Positions 24,258-37,300 of a stretch of DNA of 64,000 nucleotides are shown one piece after another. Every line of letters starts with the position of its first letter. Within the stretch, counting starts at the first letter, position 1. Source of the stretch: Oikopleura dioica. Lineage: Eukaryota > Animalia > Chordata. Below the pieces are notes generated by a model. That model saw only the letters and a program-made list of their open reading frames with translations. It made no database searches and was not told the origin of the DNA. The DNA lies in contig OU015569.1 of NCBI GenBank assembly GCA_907165135.1, positions 3,286,001-3,350,000 on the forward strand. The letters are read 5' to 3'. Both the position numbers and the translations under genes were made by a program.

Positions 24258-27200
24258 ATGAATACAGACTCGTAGTCGTGTCCTTGTGGACAATGGATAA
24301 TATAAAAATATTTTAAAGACAAGTCTGATGGTATTGGTAAGTACTGCTCTTCATATTCTTGTGTTTATTTCCTATTAGTAAACTACGTGGGAAAACTGCG
24401 TAAGGCAGTGCCCTCCCTTTCTCGTGCTGGCGATGATAGTCGTCATATTCTCATCAACGAACATCAATCGGAAAAGTTCTCTAAGAATGCCATCGGTAGT
24501 ACCTTACAACAATTTTTTGTTCGTAATACATTGCTTTTAGCTACGGGGAAATACAACATCTTCACATTTGTTCCCTACTTCTTATTTTCTCAATTCAAAC
24601 GCGCGGCGAATGTCTTCTTCCTTGTGATTTCTATTCTGCAGCAGGTGCCCAATGTTTCTCCGACTGGCCAGTGGACGACGCTGGGGCCGCTTATGTTCAT
24701 CCTTTCTATTTCGGCCCTTCGCGAAATCGCTGAAGACTACCGCCGGCAACGCGACGACGATCAAACAAACAACAAACTCACCAAAATTGTCAAAAACGGA
24801 AAATTGGTTAAATGCAAGTGGAAAGACGTCCAAGTCGGCTCCATTCTCAAGATTGATTCGGGCAAGCAGTTCCCTGCCGACTTGATCTTGCTCGCTTCTA
24901 GTGAGCCCAAAGGAATGGCCTACATTGAAACATCGAATCTCGACGGGGAAACCAATCTCAAGCTAAAACAAGCTCTTTCTGTCACGGCTGATCTGACTAG
25001 CGACGTAGAAATAAGCACGTTGAGAGGGAACTGCGAAGCTGAAGCTCCGACGAAGCATCTCTACGAGTTCTACGGGAATATCAAGCTTAGCGACGAATCT
25101 CAGACGCACCCGCTCGACCAAGTGCAGCTTCTTCTTCGCGGCTCTCAGCTTCGAAACACCAAATTTGTCTACGGACTTGTTATTTACACTGGTGCAGAGA
25201 CCAAGCTGATGAAGAACTCTCGTCAGGCGCCATTAAAACAGTCTAATGTGGAGTTTTCCGTCAACTACCAGATTCTATACATGTTCTTCGCACTCTTGAC
25301 CCTCTCAATCATTTCCACCATTGGAAAAATCTATGTTGCGAAATTTCTATGTGTCCATTGGTATCTTGACGGGATTTATGATGTTCAGCCAATCAACGGA
25401 ACATCGTACGACCCGAACAGCAGCGATCCTATTTGCGAGTCACTGGATGCAGCCGGAGTGGTGAAAACGCTCATGACATTTTTGATTTTGTACAACAACG
25501 TTGTCCCCATTTCTCTTTTGATCAGTATCGAAATCGTGAAGTACGTACAAGCGATATTTATCAATCAAGACGAGCTTATGGAATGGAACGACACGAAGGC
25601 AAAAGCTCGAACGTCCAATCTTAACGAGGAACTTGGGCAGATCTCCTACATCTTCACGGATAAAACAGGCACCCTGACGGAAAATGTGATGGAATTCAAA
25701 AAATTCTCCGTTTGCGGGGAGCTTTTTTCTGCAGACGAGAGCGATCTGACAATGGAAGACAACATCAGCGAAATTCAGCGAAAAATTGACTACGTTGAAT
25801 CGTCTGGTTCTTCAGACACAAAGGGAGACATTGAGCGATTCCTTCAAATGCTAGCCGTCTGCCAGACAGTCGTTCCAGAATACTCTGATAGTGGTGAGCT
25901 CGAGTACCAAGCAAGTTCGCCGGATGAAGCAGCGCTAGTGAAAGCCGCTGCTAAACTACAGTATGTTTTTAAAAGCCGAACGCCAATATCAATGGATGTG
26001 CGGGAACGAGGAGAGCTGAAGACTTATCAGCTCCTCCATGTTCTTGAATTTTCTTCGGCTAGAAAACGGATGAGCGTTATCGTCGAAACTCCTGAGGGGC
26101 AACTCTTCCTTTTCTGCAAGGGCGCAGACACAGTAATCTACGAGCGATTACAAGCAGCAGCGGAGGGCTCTAGGGATTACCAAATTCAAAAGAATACTGA
26201 AGAGCACCTTGAAAAATTTGCCACAGCTGGTTTGCGGACTTTGTGTTTTGCCTTCTGTGAGCTGGACCGAGAATTCTATGAAAGGTAAGTTCAAGTTAAA
26301 AAAGAGCGCGTCGAATCAATAAATAATACATTCATACCATTCCAATTTGGTAGTTCCAAAGAAGTGTTAATTCCTTTCATTAGATGGCGAACTAAGGAGC
26401 TCGAGCCGGCGAGCACATCAATCGTCGATCGCGAAGGCTCCCTGGAGAGTGCCTATTCGAAAATCGAAAAAGACCTTATCCTTGTTGGTGCCTCAGCTGT
26501 TGAAGATAAACTCCAGCAGCAAGTTCCCGAAACTATTGCAAAGCTTCGCCAGGCGGGTATCGCTATTTGGATGTTGACCGGTGACAAACAAGAAACCGCT
26601 GTCAACATCGGTTTCTCCTGCAAGCTCATCGATCAGACACAGCAACTATACGATCTCGACTGCGATTCCTTAGAATCGACGAAATCTCGTCTTCAATCCA
26701 TCAAAGAAGAAGTAGAGCCTCTTCTAAAGGAGGGAAAACCAATCGCTATGATTATAACTGGAAGAACAATGAAATTTGTATTCAAGCAAACGACCAGGTA
26801 GTAAAAGCTCTTATCTAGTATTTTATTATAAATTAAGGGACTACTTTATGCATCTCGCCGTCAATTGCAAATCCGTCATTTGCTGCCGCGTCAGTCCGAG
26901 TCAAAAAGCCGACATTGTCAAAGCAGTGAAGAAAGAAGTAAAAAAATCTATCACTCTTGCTATCGGTAAGTGTACATTTCTGCTATCTTTTTTAAAGTTT
27001 TAAGGTGACGGAGCTAATGATGTTCCAATGATTCAATCGGCTCACATTGGTATCGGAATATCAGGCAATGAAGGGCTGCAGGCTGCAAACTCTTCTGATT
27101 ACAGCATTTCCCAGTTTTATTTCCTACAGCGGCTGTTACTCGTTCATGGTGCCTGGAATTACTGGCGGCTTGTCAAGTGCATTCTTTTCTCTTTCTACAA

Positions 27201-28648
27201 GGTATCTAAAGCTTTCTCAATCCGTTATATAAATGCTAACATAGAACATCACGTTGTACATGATCGAACTGTGGTTTGCCATTTACAACGGCTGGTCAGG
27301 GCAGATTCTTTTTGATCGTTGGTCGATTTCGTGTTACAACGTCCTCTTCACTTTTTGGCCGCCAATAACCGTCGGCTGGTTTGAGAGGCCTTGTGAAGGT
27401 AACCGCTCAATTCTGTTGAGCATTTATTAATTATTGCTTAGACAAGCACATGCTCGAAAAGCCACAGCTGTATGCAACATCTCAAAGTTCGATGAAATTC
27501 AACGGAGAGGTCTTCTGGAAAATGTTTTTCAACGCAATCCTTCACAGTTGTTTACTGTTCTTCGTTACTGTCGCCTGCTTCTCGGACGATCTATTAAACC
27601 ATGGGGCTGAGCCAAATGGCCTTGCCATGGAAACAGTCAACTCGTTTTCTGGTCAAGTCGGTGGCTATCTCTTCATAGGTATTTCTTTTATGAAAGAAGC
27701 ATTCGATAACAATTTAGGAAACTTTGTTTATACAAACGTCGTCGTTACTGTTTTATTGAAAATATCACTGGAAACATCCACTTGGACCTTCTGGAACTGG
27801 CTCTCCAACGTCGGCAGTGGCTTCCTTTGGCTCATGTATGTTCTGATGCTGAGCAAATTCTGGCCCTCTGTGCGCGTCTTGTCGCCCGAGATGATGGCTG
27901 GGCAAGGCGATCATCTTTTTTCAAGTGCTGTCTTCTGGTTAGCGCTGGTGCTCGTGCCCTTCATTGTCATTTTCAGAGACTTCTTGTACAAAGTGTACGT
28001 ATCGCTATTTCTTGCTTGTCCGGATATATTTCGATAATTTAGATACCGCTATGAAACTGCAGCAGACAATACCTTCAAGCGCGAACGATATCAAGCTATG
28101 GGATCAATTTTCATTTTTCATTAAAGCCTAAAAGAGGCTTGAATTCTCTAAACAAAAATTTATCCCCGAATTCAGACGGTGAGCGCATTACCTTCAAAAA
28201 ATTCTTCAATCAAACAAAAGAAAAGTACGTTGGTCTTTCTGAGCTAGGGAGCACTGCCATTGAACCCGAGCCTTCTTCTCGCTTTTCCTCCTCTTCTGAT
28301 TTACCAAACTCTCAACTATTGACCTGAGTTGTCTTCTTCTATTCTATTCTTCTACCAGGCACTGACTAAAGCGTTTTTAGTATTGAACATATGGCGCTTA
28401 TCTGCCGCAAGGCTCCAACGCTACCGTCGACAATGGCTACTGAGCAAGCTGCTGCTCCAATAATGATCAACGAAGATGGCCAGCGACGCAGTTTCAAGGG
28501 CTATGCTTTCACACAGATGGAAGATAACATGGGCATTCAAGAAGATATAATCAGACACAACCTCCCAAAGTCGAAAGAGTCCAGCTCCACTAGTGTCCAC
28601 GAACCTGTTCCGACCGTTCTGTATTCCTACGTCCACAAAGAGACGTAA
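24258..28648 (+). CDS. ATP8A1: P4-type ATPase phospholipid flippase (ATP8A1/ATP8A2-like)
   Basis: [80 protein letters not shown] and GYAFTQ. The start exon is uncertain. Confidence 0.96.
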
Positions 28649-28902
28649 TTCTTCTTTTCAAACAGCTTCTTTTTCCATTTCAATTTTCTTCAAAAAAAAG
28701 GTTCCATCCCAAGTTTTTACTACTGAGCTTACAGACTTCAGTGTGATTATTTAAACCAGTAAATACCAATCAAAGAAATTTCTTACAGCCCAAAAACTCC
28801 AATCACGTTCAACTTTCTCTTTCTTTCATGTTCTTTGCACATTTCGAGTACCGAAATCGAATCAATCGGGATTTTAAATTAAAATCGAGATTATCGCAGT
28901 TA

Positions 28903-29061
28903 CAATGGTTGATCCTCGATTGGGAAGGGCACTTTATCTCGTCGCTTCCCAATCGAGGACTCGGTCCGCACCACACTTCTCTAGAGATCGGCTGGCTATA
29001 TGCGCTGCCGCTTCCCAATCGAGGACTCGGCGCGCGCTTCCCAATCGAGGATCAACCATTG
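28903..29061. mobile_element. 159-bp MITE with perfect 25-bp TIRs and TA flanks (Tc1/mariner-like)
   Basis: TA|CAATGGTTGATCCTCGATTGGGAAG...CTTCCCAATCGAGGATCAACCATTG|TA. Two more internal copies of gcttcccaatcgagga. Confidence 0.88.
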
Positions 29062-29420
29062 TATTTATTAGTTCTATTTACCTTTCGATAAATTTCGAGA
29101 ATAAGCCGTCCATTTAGTTTCAACTGTGTACAAATGACAAAACCTTAAGCACCGAAATAGCTCCTATTGATTTCTCAACCTTCTTGTTTACCTTTTCCAA
29201 AAAATACTTCATTCCTTTACATAAAAATTCAAAATGTAATTAAAAAATATAGCTCATTTCTTTTGGAAAATGACCATACCTCCACATTCCAGTATAAAAA
29301 ACCTGATCTTTGTATATTCCTATTCAGAAAAAAATTCAATCAAACTGTTACCTACTAATATGACTTATTTTTTCACGAAAAAAATAATGAAAGACCGTGA
29401 GTTATATAATTATTCGTATA

Positions 29421-29565
29421 TACCGCGGTTGGCATTTTTGACTGACTAATTTTATTTTTCTAGATAGGTTACAAGGGCCTAGTTAGCACAAACGCCCTAT
29501 GTTTTAGCGTTGCGAAATGTGCTAATGAAATGTGCTTTAGTCAGTCAGAAATGCCAACCGCGGTA
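29421..29565. mobile_element. 145-bp MITE with ~29-bp TIRs and TA flanks
   Basis: TA|TACCGCGGTTGGCATTTTTGACTGACTAA...TTAGTCAGTCAGAAATGCCAACCGCGGTA|TA, one mismatch. Confidence 0.85.
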
Positions 29566-29790
29566 TATCTGTACGGTTTCAGACTTCTTTTGAAATAAAG
29601 TTTGATAGTAAATATGTGCAAGCAGGTGTTATTTTTTCAAACAAAGCATTGTTAGGCATATTGGAAAAAAGATCGATACCCAAGGTGACCTATATTATGC
29701 TAAGTCGAGGGCTCCGAAAATTATCGGATTCATCCAGTGCTCGGGGTTTACTTTTCATTAATTAAGAACCAGAGAAGTCGGGAGTTTGCG

Positions 29791-30603
29791 ATGGGCAACT
29801 TCGGAGTCATGTTTGGCATTCTCTCCGGGGTCACGCTCTTGGGATTCCTAAATACACGCACCCAGGCGGATGCACAGGTTAGTGGTTTAACTAATATACT
29901 CGTTGCGAATTGATGATTCAGCCTCACTTTACTGACAAAAAACTGGGTGGACAAAATGTACTCGCCTTTGCGATCTGTACTTCCTGAGGGTAAACTACTT
30001 GCTCCTCGAGCTATTCATTCCTTCTTTGTTCAGTTACCGAAACGCTGTTAACCAGTACGCCCAACTGGTGCGACAGCGTTTCCCCGAAGACGAATTGAAA
30101 ATTGAAGTGAGCAATTATCCCGTGGAGAGTACGCGCGCTCTTCTTGCACAAATCCTCTCCCTCGCGAAGTTCGCTTTTCTCGGCATCGTCGTCGCAAACA
30201 TTCAAATCCACACAATGCTCGGCATGGAACATCCGCCCCAGTTTCTCGTCTGGGCGTGGGAAAACAAAGGATATGCCTGTATGATGGCTTTTTTCATCGG
30301 TATTTGGAAAATCAAAATCGATGCGTTCGTACATTCAATTTTTAATAGGAAATGCGATTGAAAATGGGCTCACCTCGACAGGAGCGTTTGAAATTTATCT
30401 CTCAGGGGATAAGATGTGGTCCAAATTAGAGTCAGGAAGGATACCTTCGCAGGAACGGGGCTTGATATTGAATAGTAGATTTCTGAGAGAATAATTATCA
30501 AGTTAGCAATTGTGTCAAGCCTTAATTTCAGCACGAGTTTATGAAAATGATTAACGACAATATGATGCTCGAGGCAGGAACCTTTGATCAGAACCAATTC
30601 TAA
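29791..30603 (+). CDS. SELENOT: Selenoprotein T
   Basis: Spliced product LAFAICTS(U)GYRNAVNQYAQLVRQRFP...NYP...ENKGYACMMAFFIGNAIE...STGAFEI...WSKLESGRIP. In-frame TGA at 29985-29987 in a CxxU motif, with a downstream SECIS. Confidence 0.95.
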
Positions 30604-30845
30604 ATCAACGCGACTGGAATCGCTGTCAGTGTTTTATTGATTCATGATTTGCATAATGATAGACTTGCTAATAGATTATTTGTAAACTACTACTCCAATT
30701 GAAAATTTTTTCATCTGAAATGTCGTTGGCGACCAAGAGAAACGCACATCAATTTCATCTGAACATGGGCGTGTTCTGAAATATATGGGTGAATCTCATT
30801 TGACAGAAGCGTTGATGGAATCTGAATCAAAATTCACAGCGTAGT

Positions 30846-30905
30846 AATTTATGACGGAGCTCATCAAAGCCAGTTTGGAAAGTGAGCGTCCTGAGAAGCA
30901 TTTAA
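30846..30905 (+). promoter_or_regulatory. SECIS element (type II-like) in the SELENOT 3' UTR
   Basis: ATGAC-GGAGCTCAT...AAA-ministem CCA/TGG...GTGAGC(G)TCC-TGAG gives the UGAN/NGAN quartet, a ~9-10-bp helix and unpaired adenosines. Confidence 0.88.
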
Positions 30906-31325
30906 GCCTTGCCGCTGCTTGACATTACGTTCAGTTTCCGTGAACGCTACTGTCGGTTACTAACGAAGTTTACTGTACTGAATTGATCAGCTGCAGTATA
31001 CATAATTACTTGATAAATCTGCCAATCATTTATAAAAAGTGTTTTCAGACTTTCTTGTGTTTTTTTTTGTTAATGTTTAGATGCCTATTCAATCTCGCTT
31101 AAGTCCACATGAATGTTTATGTGTTTAATTTAGATGTGGTGGTAGTTGGTTAATACTCCCTTTCCAGAAAATTAATTGAATGAATTGAATTTTAGCCAGG
31201 ATTTATAATATACTAAAATTCTCAGACTGGACATATTTTCAATCATTATTTCAAATATGTCCCTCCTGAAGCGATTTTTATAGCATTTGACAAATCCTAT
31301 TTACAGTTAAATTTCATCATAAATA

Positions 31326-34300
31326 ATGGTTGGTGTTGGGGAAAAGTCCGTGGCGGACAAATTCGATGTGCTGAAGGCGGCCGTTGGTAAAATTCCTGAT
31401 GAAGAGATCGTCGACACTGCACTCAACCTTCTCGTGAATGGGCGCTTCGACTTGGAAACTGCGTTTATAGTAGATGGCGCCGAAGCCCTGTGCGGTCTCT
31501 TCGATTTTATCAAGTCCATCGGACCGAACCTTCAAGGACTTGTTTTGTCTATGTTCGCGGCTATTTTACGAAAGTCAACATACAACCTCGACCAATGTTC
31601 GCGTGCGGAGATCATTCCAAGAAGCCTCGAGCTGCTGAGCACCTCTGAAGGCCTCGTGGCTGATCTTTTAGGAGATATTCTATCAGTTTTGGCTGGATAT
31701 AATATGTCCGTGACTGACTTGAAGAGGCTAGTTGCCAAGCTACGCGTGGATGACGAGGGAGAGAACGAAAAGGATCCCCGCTGGCTGCCAAACTCTTTAA
31801 AACTAATCGATGTTCTGATTTCTGCCGCAAATATATCCGGACCCGATGCATTTTTCCTATTTCCAGGGAAGTCTTGCGCCGCAATCGCGCTGCCGCCTGT
31901 TAAAGCATGGCCGATTCAAGACGGATTCTCAATTTCTGTATGGTTCCGACTTGATCCACTAAATAACCTGAACATCGAGACGGACAAGCCTTATCTTTAC
32001 TGTTTACGTACATCTAAAGGCATCGGTTACTCTGGTCATTTTGTTGGGGGCTGTCTGGTTATCACTGCCTTGAAGTCAAAAGGAAAAGGCTTCCAGCAAT
32101 GTGTCGCCGTTGAATTTTCCCCTAGAAAGTGGCATCACGTGGTTATCGTCCATGAATACTCCCGCTGGAAATCATCTTCTGTCCGTTGCTATGCTGATGG
32201 CGTGCTTGCTAATAAGGTTGACATGGCCTGGCCGATTTCAGCACACACAAATCAGTCGGAATTGTTTGATAAATGTCTTCTCGGCTGTGCCGAAACTGGA
32301 GATATTTCAAGGGCGTTCACTGGCCAGTTCGGAGCGTTCTACATGTTTCAAGAGACTATGTCGTGCATTCAAGTCGAGGGACTCTATAAACTGGGACCAC
32401 AATATCGTAATCAACTTCGCTTTCCCCACGAAGCTGGACACAAAATCACCATTGAAGAACGCGAGGCGCTATATTTTTCCAACCTTTCAGAAAAAATCCT
32501 GATATCGTACAACCCCGCCGCAGTTGATGGTAATCTCACTTTAGAATCATCTCCCTCCGACTCTGTATCCTCATTCGTTCACACTCCCCATGCGCAACTG
32601 TTGAACGGCGTCGAAGCTGTCGAGGTTAAGTCACTCAAGCAAGCGCTGCATAGTATTGGCGGGCTTGATGCCATATGGCCACTCTTCGGGCAAATTGATG
32701 TCCCCCAGTCTAACGGAGAAGTCAACTATGAGCTCGCTCCTATGCTAGTTGATCTTGTTGGGCGACTTCTCTCTAGCTCGGGCCGATTCCGTCAGCAAGC
32801 ACTACATGAACGAGGATTTCTCCTCGTCGCGCGGGCTCTCGAGAAGTCCTCGCCTCAGCATCTCAGCGATCGTCTCCTCAAAGAACTTATTAGAATAATT
32901 GAAAAAATCCAAAAACTGCCTCAAAATCATGGTCCCGCGCTGCTCCGCCAACTAGCCGACTACGTTTTATTCAACCCGTCACTTTGGTCAAATGCCCCTC
33001 CTAAAGTGCAAATCGACCTGCAGAAGTATCTATCCACGCAGTTTATCGCCAGTCCAACTGTGCAAAAACACATTCGTCGCGTTTCAACGACTTTGATATT
33101 TCTTCATGCTCTTAAAAATTTCTACTGGATCGTTGCTTCCAATGACAAGTCATTTCATCGGAACCAAGACGATTCGAAGCATCGAATGGTCAGACCTAAC
33201 GAAAATGAACTGCGCAGCATAAGAGCCTATCTGCTTCTTTTTCTTAAACAACTTATGTCGCCAAAGCTTTCTGATGGATCAAAAGTATATCGTCCTGAAG
33301 AAGAGCTGAATGCTATTGTTAATTTCCTTTTGACAGTTCAAGAGGACGAAAATCTTACAGACCTTCTCGAACTTCTGGTCCAACTTGCTGTAGAAAGTCC
33401 TGCTGGAGTAGCTATTCATCTAGCCGACCCTAAAGGGACTGCATGTTGCTTTAAGCTTCTCACTTCTACGTCAGAAAACATTCGGCTAAGTTCGATAAAG
33501 CTTCTTTCGGTGATTCTGGAAAATACAAAGCCAGACGCAAAGAAAGAATTGATGGACGAGTCTGGTCTTTGGGCTTTACTCGCAGATAGATTATGCGCGC
33601 ACAGCCCGAGTCTCACTACAAATATCTATACATGCTTGTTCGAGCTTATGGTGCAATCTCCGATCGGCGACGGAATGAAACCAATGAATATAACTTCTAC
33701 GACTAGAATCCATCATCCTGAGCTACTCAAAGTCATCGCTACTGTTATACGCGCTTCTTCAGAACGACTTATGCACATTAGAGTTCTCTTCCTCGACGAC
33801 CTCATTCGACTTTTCTCTCTTTCACATGAAAATCGTAAGATAATGCTTCAACAGTCAGTTTGGCAAGACTGGCTTATTGCTCTTGGTTCGCTAAAGCCCG
33901 TCACACAAGAAGACCGTGCCTGCCAAGAGAAGGTTTACAGCTTGCTCAATATTCTTCTTCATCACTCAATCAAATGGGAGTGGGGCGGCTGGCGAGTTTG
34001 GGTAGATACCATGGCGTTAGTCCACTCTGGAGTCTCAAAAGTCCAACATCAAACGGAGATGGATAAACTGTACTCAGCAAATGAAGCCGACAATAACATC
34101 CCTACGTCTGTCGATTCTACTAGTGATGTGCCTGACGATTCTGAACCAAGAGAAATCACAACAGAGGAATTCGCAGCTGATATTGTGAATGAAGCAATCG
34201 AGCGCGCTATAAAGGAAATACTGGGCAAATCGAGCGATATTTTAGAAAATAAGAAGATTGAAGAAAACGATATTCCCGTGCAGCAAGAGCCCTGGTCTCC

Positions 34301-37300
34301 AGCTCCACGGACACCTGGTGCATTCCGAATCCCTGAGTTCAACTGGTGCCATTATCACTATCGCATACTTACTGAGCTTTTGGAAGAGATTGAAGAAGAC
34401 TTGGAGAACCTTTATCAAGATCCGACACTGGCGGGCTCTCTTGACAATCAAATTCTCATGCATAACTCGCTTCATTTGACATCACAGCTCATCGACAATT
34501 TGATTCTAGCAACTGGCGGTGTTCTTCCTATTCTGGCTTCAGCGACAAGTCCTAACTTTGAGCTTGATGTTGTAGAAGCTTCTCAAGGTTTGAGCTTGAA
34601 GAATGCCTGGAAACTATTTGATAAACTAATTGTCGTTATTGATATTACACTAAAAGTGTCCTCGAGAATGCAATACGCTGGAATATCTATATCAGAAGTT
34701 GAAAGTGAAAAGTCCATGCAAAATGGGGGAATTTTACGTCAGTTCTTACGGGCAATCGCCGTAACTTCAGTTAGAAACTCACTGGAAACACGATACTGCA
34801 TGCTCGTTGATGGCGAATATGTATGTCCGATCGCCTCATTACTCGAGCTTATGATAAATCACAGCAGTCCCGTCTCGAACATGGATCATCTTCTACAAGA
34901 AATGGACGTGGAAAGACTCCGACACATCGTGTACCGAGACGTAGACGATGTTAAGAACTCTCAATTTTTAGCCTTGGCCACTGTTTACCTCGTATCTGTA
35001 CTGATGGTCTCTAAGTATAGAGATCTTCTTGACCCTAGCATTCTTGCTAAGCTTCAAAAAATCAATATTGACGAAATAACGAAGAAAACCGAAGAACAAG
35101 ATAACTTATCGAATGACATCAGCATGGATACATCGACAAAAGATACTCCGACCGGCTATAATGGTATAGAATCACCGGACACTAAAGTTTCCGAAGCAGA
35201 CAATATTCGAAAAGCATTGGCCGAGTTAACTATTGGTGCTCAGCCTAGTGGTGCAATGGACGGAGGTAACCATGTTTCGTCCGTTGGTGCTGCCTATGGA
35301 TCATTTGTTCGCGAGCTTTCGCAGGAGACTGGACATCCGAACAGCGAGAAGAGCATCACAGAAGAAGAAGAAGATGATCCCCACCCCGAGGCCCAAGTTT
35401 CCAAGACCGAAACTGCCGAGGCAGACCATCTTCCACAAGTAGTAGTCGAAGAGCCAGCAACCTCTGATGACATTTCTGATAAACTGATTTTGTCACTGGG
35501 CAATTTGAATGGCCTTCTCCGTGATATATTGAATGATTTTTCTGGATACTTAACAAAGACATTGACTGGTTCCCACGGGCAAAGTCTCGTTCCGGAAGGT
35601 CTTCAGTCGATTTCCACGGATCAGGGCTCGACGGTTTCTCTAGTTATGTTACTTTGTTCACAAGAGTGGCAGAACTCAATTCAAAAGAATGCAGGAATAG
35701 CATTTATTGAGCTGATCAACGAAGGGAGGCTACTTTCCCATAATATGAAAGAGCATGCTGTACGCGTTGGAAATGAAGCCGAGTTCATTCTGAATCGAGC
35801 TCGTGCTGATGATGTCAAACGCCAGGCTGAGGCGGAATCAAGACATGCCCAGCTGATAACAGCTACACGGAGAGAAGAAAACGCGTGCTCAACTTTAATA
35901 AGAGCAGCAAGACGACGAGACGCACTTCAAGGAGGATTTACAGCAAGAAAAGCCTATCAGTCACTCGTTAACCCATCTGGATGTTGGTTCCGTAAAGAGA
36001 CTGACAAAGTGTTCTGGAAGGTGGATGCCTGGGAAGATGATACACGAAGGAGAAAACGGATGGTGAAGAACCCGTGGGGATCAAATCATATTGAAGCCAC
36101 CCATAAACCGTCAGCAAATGGAACATCAGAGCAAACTCCAAACGATTCTTCGAAACATCCAGACCTGCCGAAGAAAATCTCTGATCTGCCAGTCAATTCT
36201 GATAATAGCACGGATCAAGGAGTCGACGATGACTTCCAGGATGATGAAAGCGATTCTGAGAACTCCATGGGCGTTGTGGCTATTACGTACTCATTCGCAG
36301 CAGCGATGGTCGCACCTGGTGTTTACATCCCAGGTACTTTATCGATTCATGCAGAGGAGCTCTATTGGGAAGCGACAGAAAATCATCCTGATTTTGCAAA
36401 AGTTTCCAAAAAACTCATGTGCTATGTTGACGGCTGTCCTGGAAAATGGAGTTTCCATGAGATACGAGCAATTTACTCTAGAAGATATCTTCTGCAGCAT
36501 ACAGGCATTGAGATATTCCTTGCAAACAGAACTTCAATCATGTTCAACTTTGATTCAAACGAAGTTGTGCACAGAGTCGTAGAAGTTCTTCCGCGAGTTG
36601 GCATTGGCACCGGATACGGTCTTCCTCAAACTAGAAAAATATCTTTAGCGTCTGGCAGACAACTCTTTAAATGGTCTAATATGACACAGCGGTGGGCAGC
36701 GAATGAGGTGTCCAACTTTGAGTACTTGATGTTTATCAATACGATTGCTGGACGATCCTACCAGGATCTTAACCAGTATCCTGTATTTCCTTGGATCTTG
36801 AAGAATTATGAAACGGAGACGATTGATCTTAACGATCCAGCAAACTATCGAGATCTATCAAAACCGATAGGCGCCTTGAATCCTCAACGAGAGGCTCAAT
36901 TCAAGGTAAAAATAGATTAACGATCATTCGGGCAAATCGAAATTATAGGAACGTTACGAGGAATGGGACGAGAAAAGCGAATGTATCCCAAAGTTTCACT
37001 ACGGAACACATTACTCCACCGCTTTGTTCACACTCGGATGGCTTGTTCGAGTTGAGCCCTTCACTTCAATTTTCATCGATATACAGGGAGGCAAGTTCGA
37101 CCAGCCAGACCGCATGTTTTCAAGCATATTGACCTCTTGGAAGCTCACCCAGCGTGGTTCTCATGACGTCAAAGAGCTCATTCCAGAGCTATTTTATGGA
37201 CGGTGCTAAATTTTTGACTTGTGTCTATGTATCTTTAGAAATCTTCAGTTTTAACACCGTGAAAAAGCTCTCCGAGCTGTTTACAAATAGAAATGAGTAC

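Noticed and set aside
28903-29061. Repeated gcttcccaatcgagga units resembling a CRISPR array
   Set aside because: Eukaryotic context, irregular spacing, and the units are explained by the TIR-derived structure of a MITE.
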